Shown: piece after piece, positions 1-33,269 of the stretch
Position numbering within the stretch: position 1 is the stretch's first letter
How the letters are laid out: the number at the start of each line of letters is the position of its first letter
Translations under genes and position numbers: made by a program
The notes under the pieces: model-generated
The model's input: only the letters and a program-made list of their open reading frames with translations
Told to the model about the DNA's origin: nothing
The model's database searches: none
Assembly (NCBI RefSeq): GCF_030684315.1
Contig: NC_081383.1
Location: 39,436,979 to 39,500,978, forward strand
Direction of reading: 5' to 3'
DNA: 64,000 nt
From: Stegostoma tigrinum
Taxonomy: Eukaryota

Positions 1-267
1 ACTATTAAATTAAACTTTAAATACCTCAGTGATAGCTATTAATTATACTTGTGTCATAAAACGGCCAATTCTGTAACATTTTTTCTGTTTGTACACATCA
101 TTTTAAGAACATCATTCCGAATTATATTAAACAATTCACACAATCACACAATAATTGCAGTGCAGAAGGAAGCCGGGTGGCCCATTGTACCTGTTTCCCA
201 TCCGTGGAAAAGCATTATGAAATTGTTCCTTTGAATAAACCGACTCTCAAAGTGATTGCTGGCAATG

Positions 268-273
268 TTTATT
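268..273 (-). promoter_or_regulatory. Probable polyadenylation signal AATAAA of the cathepsin gene
   Basis: About 260 nt past the stop. The same AATAAA in the same context (ataataaaca) is kept in the paralogous 3' UTR at 42504-42509. Confidence 0.7.
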
Positions 274-534
274 ATATTGATCGACATCAACAGTACATTC
301 AGGTCGTTGTCTGTACACAAGCTGGAGATATTACTATGGTTACATGTATCAAACACACGCTGACAGTGACTGCTATGTAAAACTATAGAAATACGCAGAA
401 GCTGTCATTATTTAACTTGCTGAACTGCAGCAGAGAGTTAAAGCGATACTGTTGAAGGAGTCAGCATCAGCAGAAATGTTCCCATCGTTTTTTCAAGTGG
501 AGTTCAATGAAGCTCTGGTTTAACACCTCCCTCC

Positions 535-20402
<19,868 letters not shown>

Positions 20403-20809
20403 GATGGGCAACCTAATGGAGCAAAACCAATGGGATTAGACAGGGAATGGACAATGCTGCAATTTCTTCCGAGTTAATTTTGCTAAATTATTTGGTTAAA
20501 AGGACGATGCACATATTATCCTCCTCAATCAAATGCGATCATCTTTTGCATTTTTATCTTGCTTATGTAGATAAAATACCTCATTACCATAGTCTCTGAA
20601 ATAAAATCTTCATGCCATTAAATCTATCGAATTAATTTTGTTCAAAATGTTTTGTTAAGTATTGGAAAGAGCAAGTGTGGACAGAATATAAATTGTCCCC
20701 TTGTAATAGGCATTCCTCAGCTAACAGCCAATTGTCTGCATCAGTCCATCAATAGCTCAGGGAGCAGCGTGATGACAGTGGAACTGGGTTGATATTTCAA
20801 GTGAACAAT

Positions 20810-21200
20810 GTTCCATGAGACAATATGGATGGAGAATTAACAATTAGAAACAAGGATATGGTTAGAACATTGAACGGGTATTTCGTGTCTAACACTGCAA
20901 AAACTGGAAAAACATCTTATGCATATTTGAAAATCAAGAGATGAAAGGCAAGAAAGAACAATAAGCTTGTGACAGGTATAGGGAGAGCTATTTGAGTGAA
21001 ATGCCGAAGCCCTTTGGACCTGATGGGAAACATCCTATGGTCTGAAAAGAAGTGTCCGTGGAGATAGTAAACACATTCCTATTGGTTCAGAAAAGATCCA
21101 GGCCGTTTGGGAAGACAGATTTAAGACCCCTATTCAAGAGAGGAGGGATGTAGAAAACAGGAAACTATAAGATTGTTAGTCTAATATCTGAGATGGAAAA
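20810..21200 (+). mobile_element. Old CR1 ORF2 fragment
   Basis: Degenerate GPDG.HP..LKE and P.FK.G......NY..VSL motifs. Confidence 0.6.
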
Positions 21201-22309
21201 CCAGTAATAAATGATGTAAAAGCAAAATACTATTAATTTTGAAAATCTGAAACAAACACAGAATGCTGGAGAAACTCAGTGGGTCTGAGGGCATCTGTGG
21301 AGAGAAAACAGTTATTGTTTTGATAATTGACAATTCTGTCAATTAATATCAGTGTCATTAAAATGCCCCATAGTTACCAATCTATGTTTGATTTTTACTG
21401 AATGCCCTATTTGTTTTGTGATTCCTTCATGGGCCTTGTTCATCACTGTCGAGGGCAATGTCTATTCCCATCCATAACTGCTCCAAAGAAAGTGCGGTCG
21501 AGCTTCCTCCTTGAACTGCTCAGTCCATGTAATACAGTGACATTGGAAGTGCTGTGAGGGATAGTTACAGAATTTTGATCCACTGGCAATAAAAGAAGCA
21601 GTGATCTCTCTCCAAATTAAAATGGCTGGCGGTAATGGGTGGGATATCCCCGTATGTCTCATACTCCTTCGGCTGATAGAGATCACGGATTTGAATCAGT
21701 CTGCATGTTTTTTTTACCTGACCTCCTTTCCAAAACCTAGTAGGTATTGTGCAGACATCACCTCTTGCTGATCCTTTAATATTCTTTTGCTCCTTCCATA
21801 TGGATGTTATTTTTGCCCTGCTGGTAGCTGTGCCTACTTTTCCCAAATAAATACAGCTCATTCAACTTGCCTTTTACCCTCACCATCATTTCTGAATATA
21901 TTACATTGCAATTTTTAATTGTGAGTCCGAATTATTCTGCAGCACTTCCTAATAACTGCTCTGATGTTTGATTCCTTGCTGTTCAATACAGTATTCGGCT
22001 CCCCCTGTTTTACTGCAAACATTTGTTGGTTCATTTAAGTAAGGTTTTCTCCCACTCTACATTGAACTATCTCTTCAGACTCCAGCTGCATAATTCTCGG
22101 TACTTCCTTGCCATCAATGTCCTCTTGGACGTTAATCTTTCCTGACCCCTTTCTCCTGATCTGTTTTCATTAAGGCTGTATTTCTTGTTGAGCTTTCCCT
22201 TACCAGTCTTTGTACTTTAAACATAGACAGTTTGGAGAAAGCAAAAAAAATAGAAGTGGGGAGTAATTGTAGAGTAGATTGTAGAGTAAAAAGGCCCATT
22301 GAGATTGAA

Positions 22310-22447
22310 CACTGAAAGAACTACAAATGCTGTAAATCAGGAACAAAAACAGAAGTTGCTGGAAAAGCACAGAAGGTCTGATAACATCAGTGAAGAAAAA
22401 AATCAGGGTTAATGTTTCAGATCCGGTGACCCTTCCTCAGAACTCAG
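22310..22447 (-). mobile_element. Penelope-type short repeat (family 2) with hammerhead-like core
   Basis: The - strand of 22445-22406 reads GAGTT CTGAGGA A GGGTC ACCG GATCT GAAAC ATT AACCC. Confidence 0.7.
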
Positions 22448-22454
22448 AATTGGA

Positions 22455-22795
22455 GGCAATGGCCGAGAGGTATTGCTACAGAACTGTTAACCCAGAGACC
22501 CAGATAACATTCTGAGGACCCGGCTTTGAATCGTGCCACGGCAGGTGGTAGAATGTGAATTCAATAAGATATCGCTGGAATTAAGAATCTAGTGTTGGCC
22601 ATGAACACGTTGATGTTTGTCAGAAAAACACATCAGGTTCACTAATGCCCTTTAGGGAAGGAAGCTGCTATCCTTAACTGGTCTGGCCCACATATGACTC
22701 TAGGCTCACAGCAGTGTGGTTGAAACTGGGCAACTGGTGATGGCCAGTAAATGCCACCCCTGATCAGTGATGCCTTCAACCTGTGAACAAATTTT
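22455..22795 (+). mobile_element. tRNA-derived SINE (family B)
   Basis: Colinear similarity to 2350-2680. Confidence 0.78.
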
Positions 22796-25700
22796 TAAAA
22801 AATAAGTTAAAAATCCGACACATTGACTGAGCTTTTTCTTCACAGATTTTGCCAGACATGCGATCTTTTCCAGCAACTTCTGTTTTTGGCCCGTTGAGAT
22901 TGTCCTGTCATTTAAAGCTATTGTGGATGACCTTAGGCTTAAATTGTACGTTATCATCGTCTGCAGTCTCCCTGATTCCCTGAGAAATCATTAAAAAATC
23001 TGTCCATCCAAACCTCAACCATTTGAAACAAGGGATGCCATTTAAATGAAAGACCCTGGACCACCCTCTTACCGCAGGGTGAGTGATCAAATCCAGCCGT
23101 GGCAGTACTGACTACAGCCTGAGAAGAAATATTAGAGCAACACACGTTGGAGGAGAAGCTTAATAACTTGTTTCTTTGAAGCAGGTTAAATCACTTTCCC
23201 TAAATACTCAGTCTGTCTGGATGTACACACATATATTGTGCACTGAACCTGTCCCAATTCATTCAATAATCAATCCTTTGTGGTACATAATACCAAAGAA
23301 TCACAGCCCTTTGATTGCAGCAATTTCCCCTCATCTCAGTCCAAAATAATCAACTGCTCACTCTGAGGCAGTGCCCTCATGCTTTATATTCCCTTCTCAG
23401 TGGAAATAGTCTCTCAGCATCAATCTTATCAATTCCCTTCAGAAGACTGAACAGTTCACTCAGATCATCTTTCATTCTTCTCAGCCCCAGAGTACACAGA
23501 TCCATTTTGCTCAGTCTTTCCTTGTAGGACCAGACTCTTACTCCATACGCTTCCTGCCTGCTGTCACTGCGTGGTCATTTTCTGCATTCTCTTCATGAGC
23601 ATTGTATGTCAATGCTTACAATTTTCATATCTTCAAAAGTATTCTGCTTTTCTATTTTTACAACCAAAGTGAATAACTTCTCAATTTGAAGACTGAACAC
23701 AGGAGAAACTACTTTGACCAGAAAATGTTTAAAATGTGGAACTGACAGCCACAGGAAACAGTTGAGGTGACAAGCAGAGATGGAATTAAGGGTAAACGAG
23801 ATAAGCAGTTGAGGGAAAATGGAAAGGAAGAATAAGCTGATGAAGTGAGAAAATGAAGGGTGGGAAGCTGTTCATGTGGAGCATAAACACTAGCTTTGAC
23901 CCTAGGTCTGTTTTGATGCTGCAAATCCATTGTAATAATTCACAATTTTCACATGACCACATGTTCATTCATTTAGTTTCCCCTGCCTCTTTTTTTTTAC
24001 AAACTTGCTGTTCCAATTAATGGACAATGATTTTTCACCTTGGCTTCTCTACTGAAAAATAAACATGCTCCACTGATCTAATTCTCCTAATTCTCACACC
24101 CACCAGTTTATCATGCTCCCCATTGACCAAAGCTAGGCTGAAGCTGTCAGACGAACACTATGGTTATAGACACAGGGCAGAAGCTGGATATTCTGAGACA
24201 AGTGCCTCACCTTCTGATCTTTTAGAGCCTCCCCAAAACTGACACGTTTCAAGTCAGGAGTGCCATAGAACAATCAACTGCTCAACTGGAAGGAAAAGTT
24301 ACATTTACAAGGCCTAATTTCAGCAGTCTTACCTGGGAGAGATCCTCAATATGGCTCCACCAAACGCCAAGTGCACTTCCACAATATATAGACACAATCT
24401 TCCAGGAAGGCCATCCCTCTGGATCTGTGGCAACATTAGTAATTGAGAAATGGACGAGGTGATCACTGAATGAAGTGAGATAGCCTTGTGTGTCTTTCAG
24501 AATATTGCTTAAGAATAAATTTCCTCTTTTAGAAAATGACAAAGAGACTATGTCCTTGAAATGTAATCCCCTTGAGAGCATTATCACCTTCTTTTAAATA
24601 TTTGAGTGTTTTCCCATTTATACTGACCACTAGGTGTCCATAAAATTGCATTTCAACTCCAACAAGTTGCACAGAGATTTAAGCCTTACCGATAGACCAT
24701 AACATGGCCATTGAACGTGCCGTGTTCCCATTACGTTGTGCATTGTGATGTTATTAACAAGTTAACTAGAAATAACCTGACTGTATTCCAGCTCTGAAGA
24801 AAGGTCCCAACCCAAAACGTCAAGCTTTCCTGCTCGTCTGATGCTGCTTGGCGCGCTGCGTTCAACCAGCTTCACACTGTGTTATCTCTGTATTCCAGCT
24901 CTGGCCAGTTCATTCCAGGAATGTGTTCTGCCCAGTTTTAGGGGCACATAGGTTTTACCGAATAATTGCTTTATTAATTCACCTCTCTGTTCACTATTTT
25001 TGATGAAAATTTATTTTCAGTAGAAATAGTGTAAACCCTGGGAATTTCTTGTGAACAAGTGCCAGCATCAATAGGATTATAATGGCCCAGGATTTGAATA
25101 ATCTTCATCTGCCCTGTTCCAACATTTACAAGCTCTGCACTGACAATGCAGAAGCAGGATGAGTTCAATCAGCTCCTCGAGCTCATGTCAATGAAATGCT
25201 GCCTGCCCTGTGAACTGATTTCCTCTACCACTTCGGCTGTGTAACAATACTCTTACAGTATTTTGGTACTTAATACTGTGGTATAACAAAAATCTACCTT
25301 TCTCAAACTCACATTGAACAATTGATCCAAAAGGATCTTTGTGCTATTTATTTTTGGCACATTTTTGGCTTTTAATTTTATCCATCACTGCCTCTTTGTT
25401 ACTTTATGTTTTCATCCATATGTATCTATGTGTCATCAGGAAATGTTGTTATTGTAATTTTCTCTCCAATCTTAACTTGCTAATTAATAAGGTAAACAGT
25501 GAAGAGTCCAATATAGATCGTTGTAGGATACGACATCTTTTTAATGAGCGTATCTTCTCAGTACCCTTATTACTTGTCTCTTGTCACTCCGACAATTTCC
25601 AAACCAATTATTTCTGAAACTTTTGGGTCTGGTTGGGATGGTCTAGGTTCAGCATAGACCTGTTGGGCTGAAGCGCCTGTTTCCACACTGTAGCGATTCG

Positions 25701-25889
25701 ATGATTCTATGATTACTATCTGTTCCATGGGTTTTCACATTAGGTACGTGACTCTAATGAGGGAATACCTTCACACTTTTCTCAAAAGTGCTGCACCCAA
25801 CTTCTTTCGACCTCAAAGCTTTGGTCTCCCATTCTCTGTTGCAGAAACTAACTTGTTTGGTTTTTCCATGGTCTCACCCCTGCATGTGA

Positions 25890-27865
25890 CTCTGTATTCT
25901 AGTTTGACAGGGGGATGGAAACGAGAGTTACAGATCAGAGTGTGGGGTAGCCAGTCTACAGTTAGTTAGAGCAAGCAGAGAATCTACAAGGAAGGATAAG
26001 CAGTTGATAGGATAAAGTGGCAGTCAGTGCGATGGGTCGAGGTATGTCTACTTCAAGGCAAGAAGTGTCAGGATTAAAGGTGACCAAACCTAGAGCATGG
26101 GTCAGTACTTTGAACTACAATGTCATGGCCATTATGGCGACTTGAATAACATGGGGGCAGGAATGGGTGTTGTATATTCCGGGGTATAGGTGTTTCAAAA
26201 GAAATAAGGAGGGAGTTGAAAGAGGTGGAGGAGTGGCATTGCTAATCAGGGATGGTATCGCAGTTGCAGAAAGAGAGGTCATTGAGGAGGGTTTGCTCTC
26301 TGAGTCGGTTTGGGTGGAAGTTAGAAACAGGCAAGGAGCAGTCACTTTATTGGGAGTTTTCTATAGACCCCCTAATAGCAAGACAGACTCTGAGGAACAG
26401 AGTGGGAGACAGATTTTGGAAAGGTGTAGAAGCAATAGGGTTGCTGCCATTCGTGACTTCAACTTCCCTAATATAGACTGGAACCTTCGAAGTACAAATA
26501 GTTTGGATGAAGCAGATTTTGTCAGGTACGCCCAGGAAGGACGTCTGACTCAATCTGTAGATAGGCCGATAAGAGGGGGGACCCTACTGGATTTGATGCT
26601 TGGCAACGAACCACGTTAAGTGTTAGATCTCTCGGTGGGAGAGCATTTTGGTGACAGTGATCACAACTCCATGGCCTCTACGATAGGCTTGGAGAGGGAT
26701 AGAAGCAGACAGTATGGGAAAGGATTTAACTGGGGGAGGGGGAATTACAAGCCATTGGGCAAGAACTACAGAGCACCAACTGGGATCAGATGTTCTCTGT
26801 GAAATGCACGATAGAGATGTGGAGATCGTTGAGAGTGCAGTTGCTTCTGGTACTGGATAGGTTTGTCCCACTGAGGCAAGGAAAGGATGGGAAGGTAAAG
26901 GAACCTTGGATAACAAGACATGTTGAACACCTAGTCAAGAGGAAGAAGGAAGCTTACTTAAGTTTGAGGAAGCATGGATCGGACACGGCTCTAGAGATCT
27001 ACAAGGTAGTCAGGAAGGAGCTGAAGAATGGATTTAGGAGACCTGTAAGTGGGTATGAGAAAACCTTGGCAGGTAGGATCAAGGGAGACCTCAAGGCTTT
27101 CTATAGTTACGTGAAGAACAAGAGGATGGCCAGAGTGAAGGTAGAACCAATCATGGATAGTGGAGGGAACTTGTGTGCGGAGTCAGAAGAGGTAGGGGAG
27201 GTCCTTAATGAATACTTTGCTTCATCTATGAGAGGGACCTTTACATTTGTGTGGACAGGATGAAACAGGCAGATATGCTCGAACAGGTTGATGTTAGGAA
27301 GGAGGATGTGCCAGAAATTTTGAAAAACATGAGGATAGATAAGTCCCGTGGGCCAGACGGGATATGCCCAATGTTCCTATGGGAAGCGAGGGAAGAGATT
27401 GCTGCCCCATTGGTAATGATTTTTGCATCCTCACAGTCCACTGGAGTAGTGTCAGAAGATTGGAGGGTGGCAAATGTCATTCTCGTGTTCAAGAAAGGGA
27501 GAAGGGATAATCCTAGAAATTACAGACCAGTCAGTCTCACTTCTATGGTGGGCAAATTATTGGAGAGGATTTTGAGAGATAGTATTTAGATTATTTGGAA
27601 AAGTTTGATTATAAATGGTCAGCATAACTTTGTGAGGGCCAGCTCATGCCTAACAAGCCTTGTTGAATTCTTTGAGGATGTGACAACGCACATTGATGAA
27701 GGTAGAACAGTGGATGTGGTCTCTATGGATTTTAGCAAGGCATTCGTTAAGGTTCCACATGGTAGCCTCATTCAGAAAGTAAGTATTTCAGGAAATTTGG
27801 CTGTCTGGATACAGAACTGGCTGTCCAATAGAAGACATGGGGTGGGAGTAGATGGATAGTATTCT
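25890..27865 (+). mobile_element. CR1 LINE ORF2 5' part (APE endonuclease to start of RT), 3'-truncated
   Basis: GGGVALLIR, GVFYRPP, DFNFPNIDW, KSRGPDGI, NYRPVSLTS, SCLTSLVEFF, MDFSKAF. Confidence 0.93.
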
Positions 27866-30589
27866 GCTAATGTCTGCTGGGTTTTGCGACATAATATGTG
27901 ATGGATTTTGTTGGCAGATCTCTGTAAAAAATGTAGGCACCTGGAATTTTTAGTTCTTTTTAATCAGTGGAAAACTTTGAAGTTTAACTTTCCATTTGAA
28001 AATATCCAGTGTTCAAGGGGTTCGGAAACCTTGGTTGAGATAGATGTTCACTGGTTACTAATTCAGCCCAACCAAAAAAAAGAAGAAACGAATTTGGGCA
28101 AGTACATTGCCCAAGCTCTGTTACGAACAATTGACTTCCAGTTAAGTTATGAAAATCTAACCTTGTGCCTAACCATGTGATTTTGGCACCAACGGATTTC
28201 CACACATCAAGTGTTGAGCTCTTGTTATAATTCATCACTTAACATGGGCTTCTTAAAATCCTGTTAAATCCCAATGTCATCCTGCCTTCATAATCTGATT
28301 GGAGAGCCCAGATAGTTCTCTGGACAGACAGACACCAAGTTAAATGAGTGCCACCTGGACCATATTGGTGTAAATATTCCAAGTCCAATTTTGCTCAATG
28401 TCAATAGCCTCTGAGGAAAGGTCACTGGGCCTGAAACATGAACTCTGATTTCACTCCACAGATGCTGCCAGACCTGCTGAGCTTTTCCAACAATTTCTGT
28501 TTTGGTTCACGAGCTCCAGTGCTTGTCTTCACTGATTTCTGACTTCTCGATGCGAGCCTGCTGATAGTTGCAGATAGAGAATGACATCAAGTGAATTGGT
28601 TCATGAACTGCTCATTGCAGAATGCTGTAGTTTGAACCAGCGTGCAATGATTTTTATTCCTTAATGGGTGGATTCTCGAGCTGCACTAAACTGTGCAATA
28701 ATAAAGGTTATAATAAGGGTTGAAACTACTGAGGGGGATATGAATCTTAAGACACAAGCTTGGCTTTCAGAGAGTTATGGGGATTTGTTTTGAATAACGT
28801 GGCGTTCTGATGTGGATACCAGTAGCATGGCCATCATTTATTGCTCCTCCATAAATTTAAAAGGTGGTGATGGGCCTATTTCTTGAACCAATAATGGCAG
28901 CAGTCTGATACAGTGGGGTGACTTTCTACACGAAGCAGAAGGCACTTAGGAGACAATGACATTGGTGTCAGACTGGTTCACCAATGACATCAGCCTTCCC
29001 TGCCCCAAATTCAGAAACAAACTAACTTAACTTGAACAACAATTCGATGGTTACCTTACCAATTTTAACCAGCTCAGTATTTCTTTTCTTGACTATTCAT
29101 GACGGGTGAGAAAGTGGGCTCGGTGGCGTCAGTTTTAGAAGCTCGTTGTGTTATCAAACCTCCAAAATGGCTTCTGCTCAATGAGCTTAGCTTTCTGATA
29201 CTGAGCGGGCCAGGAGACATTTTCATACTATCTCAGTGTGTGGCTCAGTGTGCGCAACACTGCTGTGAGTGCCTCGAGTAATTTTACTCACTCAAGGACA
29301 CTGTACAGGAACATGGAAATATAGGAGCAGGAGTACGCATTCAATTGGTCAAGTCTACACCACCATTTAATACTATAAAAACTGATTAAACACTTCAGTG
29401 CCTTCACGTGTTAATTTAATTCACTGTAGCTTGCAACCACAATTTCCAAATGTGCTCCAACTCTACTGCCAGTTCTCTATTCTCTATTCTTCTGACCTAC
29501 TTGTAATTGTTATAATTTAGTTTGTTCCCTTCAGGAGATAAAAATCCTTTGGGTTTTTTCCCTGTGAAATCACCAATGTTATGATGGAGCAGAGGGAGAG
29601 GCTCTAAAAAATATCCTATTTGTGTTTAAGGATGAAACATTTCAGTTCTGAGGAAATAACTAGATCCTACATGAGAACTAACTGGGTTAAGCAAATTGTG
29701 ATGAGCTGTTGATATGGTAAAGGAATTTGTGAGGACGGAAGAGCCAAACAGTGAGAAAAATCAGCATGTTCTACAATTGACAGATTGTGAAAAGTGGTTC
29801 CTCCAAATGGACTTTGGCTTTTCAATACTTTCTTGAAAGATTTAAATTATTTTGTGTGTCAATACCTAAGTGAGGAAGCAGGCTAAGTGATGTACCTGGG
29901 AGTGCATTGCTTCTGAGGTATTGATGGATGAAGCAAATTGTGTTAAATGATTTCTCCTGGCTGGGAGCTGGAAGGTGTAAATTCTCAGTGGTTACCAAAA
30001 GAATGATGGGAGATTTCTTTTATTGACTCCGAGGAACATGTGATTGAAGCTGTTTGCAAAATTACTGATAGCTTTTAAAAAGAAAAGGGACAAATACTTT
30101 GAAAATCTGAAGCTTTGCTCCCGTTAGATGTCCAGATGAGGAAAGAAATTTGGTGCCTCCCAGTGAATGCAGCAATGTGATTCTGCCGTGCCGACTATGT
30201 TGGTAAAGTAATTGCAGTGCATTTGTCTCCTTTCTAATCAGGAGATCTTTCTCAGTTTCATTCATTCCTTTTCCAAGAATCTAGGAACTGGAGGACAGCA
30301 TTTAACACTTTGGATCCAATGAGACCCAATGTGATCTCATCCAAAATCCTGGCTCATGCATGTTAATGAATGAACAAATAACCATCAATCTCACTTCAAA
30401 CATTGGCAACTTTTAAAAATATCTTTCATATTTTACCTCCTGAAGTAATATAATTCCAAATTTAAATAATGTTCTGCAACCCAAACTCCTCAGCCAGCAG
30501 GAATAGGTTTCCTCAATCTGTTGGTGCAGAACAATGCTCTCGGTGTGGACTGTGCAGGGAACTTCATAACTGATGTGCAACTTTGACAG

Positions 30590-31735
30590 CCTTGTAATCT
30601 CGGTCAGAAGTGGGGATGTTTGCTGATGATTGCACAATGTTCAGCACCATTTGCAACTTCTCAGATACTGTTCAAATGCTGAAGGAGGATTCCTGAAGAA
30701 GGGTGTTACCAGAAACATTGACTGCTCCTTTCCTCCAGATGCTGCTGGGCTTGCTGTGTTTTTCTAGCTTCCTGTTTGTTTACCCTGGATTCCAGCATCT
30801 GCAGTCTTTTTGTCTCTGACCAAGATCTGGACAATATCCAGGCTTGGGCTGGCAAATAGCAAGTAACATTCACGCCACAGAGATGCAAGGCCATGACCAT
30901 CTCCAATAAGAGAGAATCTAACCATCACCTCTTGACATTCAAGGGTGTTACCATCACTGCACCTCGTACTATCAACATTCTTAGGGTTACCATTGACCAG
31001 AAACTGAAATGGACCTGCCACATAAACATAGTGGCTACAAGAGCAGGTCAGAGGCTGGGAATACTGTAGCAAGTAACTCACTTCCTGACTCCCCTAAGCT
31101 TGTCCACCATGAACAAAGCACAGGAAGAACTGTGATGGGCCCAAAACGTCAGCTATTGTGCTCCTGAGATGATGCTTGGCCTGCTGTGTTCATCCAGCCT
31201 CACATTTTATTATCATGGAATACTCCCTACCCTAATTGCCTAGCTGAGTGCAGCCCCAACAACACTCAAGCACCTTGACACAACCCAAGATAAAGCAGCC
31301 CACTTGATTGACACCAGATCCAAAAACATCCAATCCCTCCACAACTGATGTGAAGCAGCAGCAGTATGTACTATCTACAAGATACACTGCAGAAATTCAC
31401 CTGTGGTCCTGAGACGGCACCTTCAAAATCCATAACCACTTGCACCTTGAAGGACAATGACAGCAGATACATGGGAACATCACCACCTGCAATTTCCCAT
31501 CTGAGCGACTCACCGTCCTGACGCGGAAATATTTCGCCATTCCTTCAGTGTTGCTGGGTCAAACTTCTGGAAATCCCTCCCTACTGGCATTGTGGGTCAA
31601 CCCACAGCAGATGGACTGCAGCAGCTCAAGAAGGCAGCCCAACACCACCACCCCTTCTCAAGGGTAACTAGGGACAGGCAATAAACGCTGGCCCGGCCAG
31701 CGATGCCCACACCCCATGAATGAATAAAAATAAGT
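30590..31735 (+). mobile_element. Distinct CR1/L2-superfamily LINE, 3' part, carrying two Penelope-type short insertions (about 30685-30815 and 31130-31215)
   Basis: MFADDCTMFSTI..DLDNIQAWAGK*QVTF RT motif; tail aagaaggcagc..ttctcaagggtaactaggg..aataaa..catgaatgaataaaaa. Confidence 0.8.
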
Positions 31736-32214
31736 CAAAACCCCTCGATGGAAAGGTCACTGTTCGAGAAGGCTTTTACATTATCTCCATCGCTTGTTTG
31801 TTACAGTTTAATGATCTATCGACCTGGATCACCAAACCTCCTTAGTTCTAGTTTTCCATCATTGAAACACACTTAGTTCAACCCTTTACAGGTGCAAAGT
31901 TGGTGATGTCGCTATTTGCTTACATTGTGTTCAATTGCCACAATTTTATATATCCTCTAGAAATGTCACAAACTACTTCTAATTACTTCCACCATTAAAG
32001 TAAGATGATTTGAAGTGATTTGCGGTTAGAATCCAGTGTTTTTTTTTTGTAGTGTGGTTTGATGCCAACGTCCACACATTTGGGTTCATGACAGATTGGT
32101 TGAAGAGAAGCCGGGTCAAGGACAGTCTTCAGGCTTCAGTTTCTTCACAAAGCTGCACGTTACAGACTAAAGATTTGACAAACTTCTAGTAAGGGTTCAG
32201 AGCAATATGAGCTC

Positions 32215-33100
32215 AATGCTCATATCCTCTTGTCCCTCTTGTACAGATCACTTCTGCCTCAGAAGAGATCCTGATGATCCAAAAAATCTGGATCCCTGCT
32301 TCCTGCACCAGCTCCTCAGCCAGGCATTAATCTGTGCTTTCCTCCTTTTCCGACTCTCACCAGCACTTGGCAGCGGCAGAAATCCAGAGGTTATTACCCT
32401 TGAGTTCCTGCTTGTTAACCTCCTGCCAAATACCCTATTTTCAATCTGCAGGACCTCATGCCTTTTTTCTACTTATCTTGTTGGCACCAACAATGACCTC
32501 TGGACACTCTAGCTTTCCTTTGAGAATTTCCAGCAATTGCTGTGAGATGTCCTTGACCCTGGCACCAGGGAAGCAACACGCCTTCCTAGAATCTTACTCA
32601 CGGCTGCAGAAATGTCTGTCTACGTCCCTGACTACAGAGTCCCTTATCACAATTGCTTGCTTGGAATTTAGTGCAGAGCCTGATGTAGTGCCAAATTCCT
32701 GGCTTCTGCTGCTATTTTCACCTGAGAGGCTGGCCGTCCCCAGTGGTATCCAAAATGGTAGACTTATTTGTGTGGGGGATGGCCAAAGGAGACTCCTGCA
32801 CTGCCTACCTATCTCTCCTAGCTGTTGCCTATCTACCTGACTGCATTTGCAAGGTGATCACTGAAGCTGCAATCGATCACACCCTCTGTCTCCTGTATAC
32901 TCCTCAGTATGTCCACCTGCTGATCCAACTAATCTATGTCATCTGTGAGGAGCTGCAACTGGAAACACTTCCTGCCGACATAGCTCCCAGGTATAGTCGA
33001 CTACTCGCTGATCTCTCACACCTGACAGGAGGAGCCTGCCACTCCATTGACTGCCATATCTGCTCCTTTAACAACTAGCAGACTTAGAGGAAAGAAAGTA
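32215..33100 (-). mobile_element. CR1 ORF1 (esterase-type) fragment
   Basis: Matches the ORF1 region at 13050-13790 (e.g. gtccttgaccctggcaccagggaagcaacac, gcagaaatgtctgt). Confidence 0.8.
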
Positions 33101-33269
33101 CTAAGCTCACCCTTAACTTGTTACTGTTCGCCCTCCTCAACAAAACCTGGTACTCAATCAGGCCTGCTGTAGATCTAACCAGCAGCAATAATTTATTCCT
33201 ATGTTCTTATTCATCATCATCTTTGAGTTATTCTCCCACAGTCTATATTTTTGCTCTAAGGTCGTCCTA

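Noticed and set aside
144-356. ORF with an apparent protein homolog at 42406-42594
   Set aside because: Both lie in paralogous cathepsin 3' UTRs; the similarity is nucleotide-level and includes an indel, with no sign of coding constraint.
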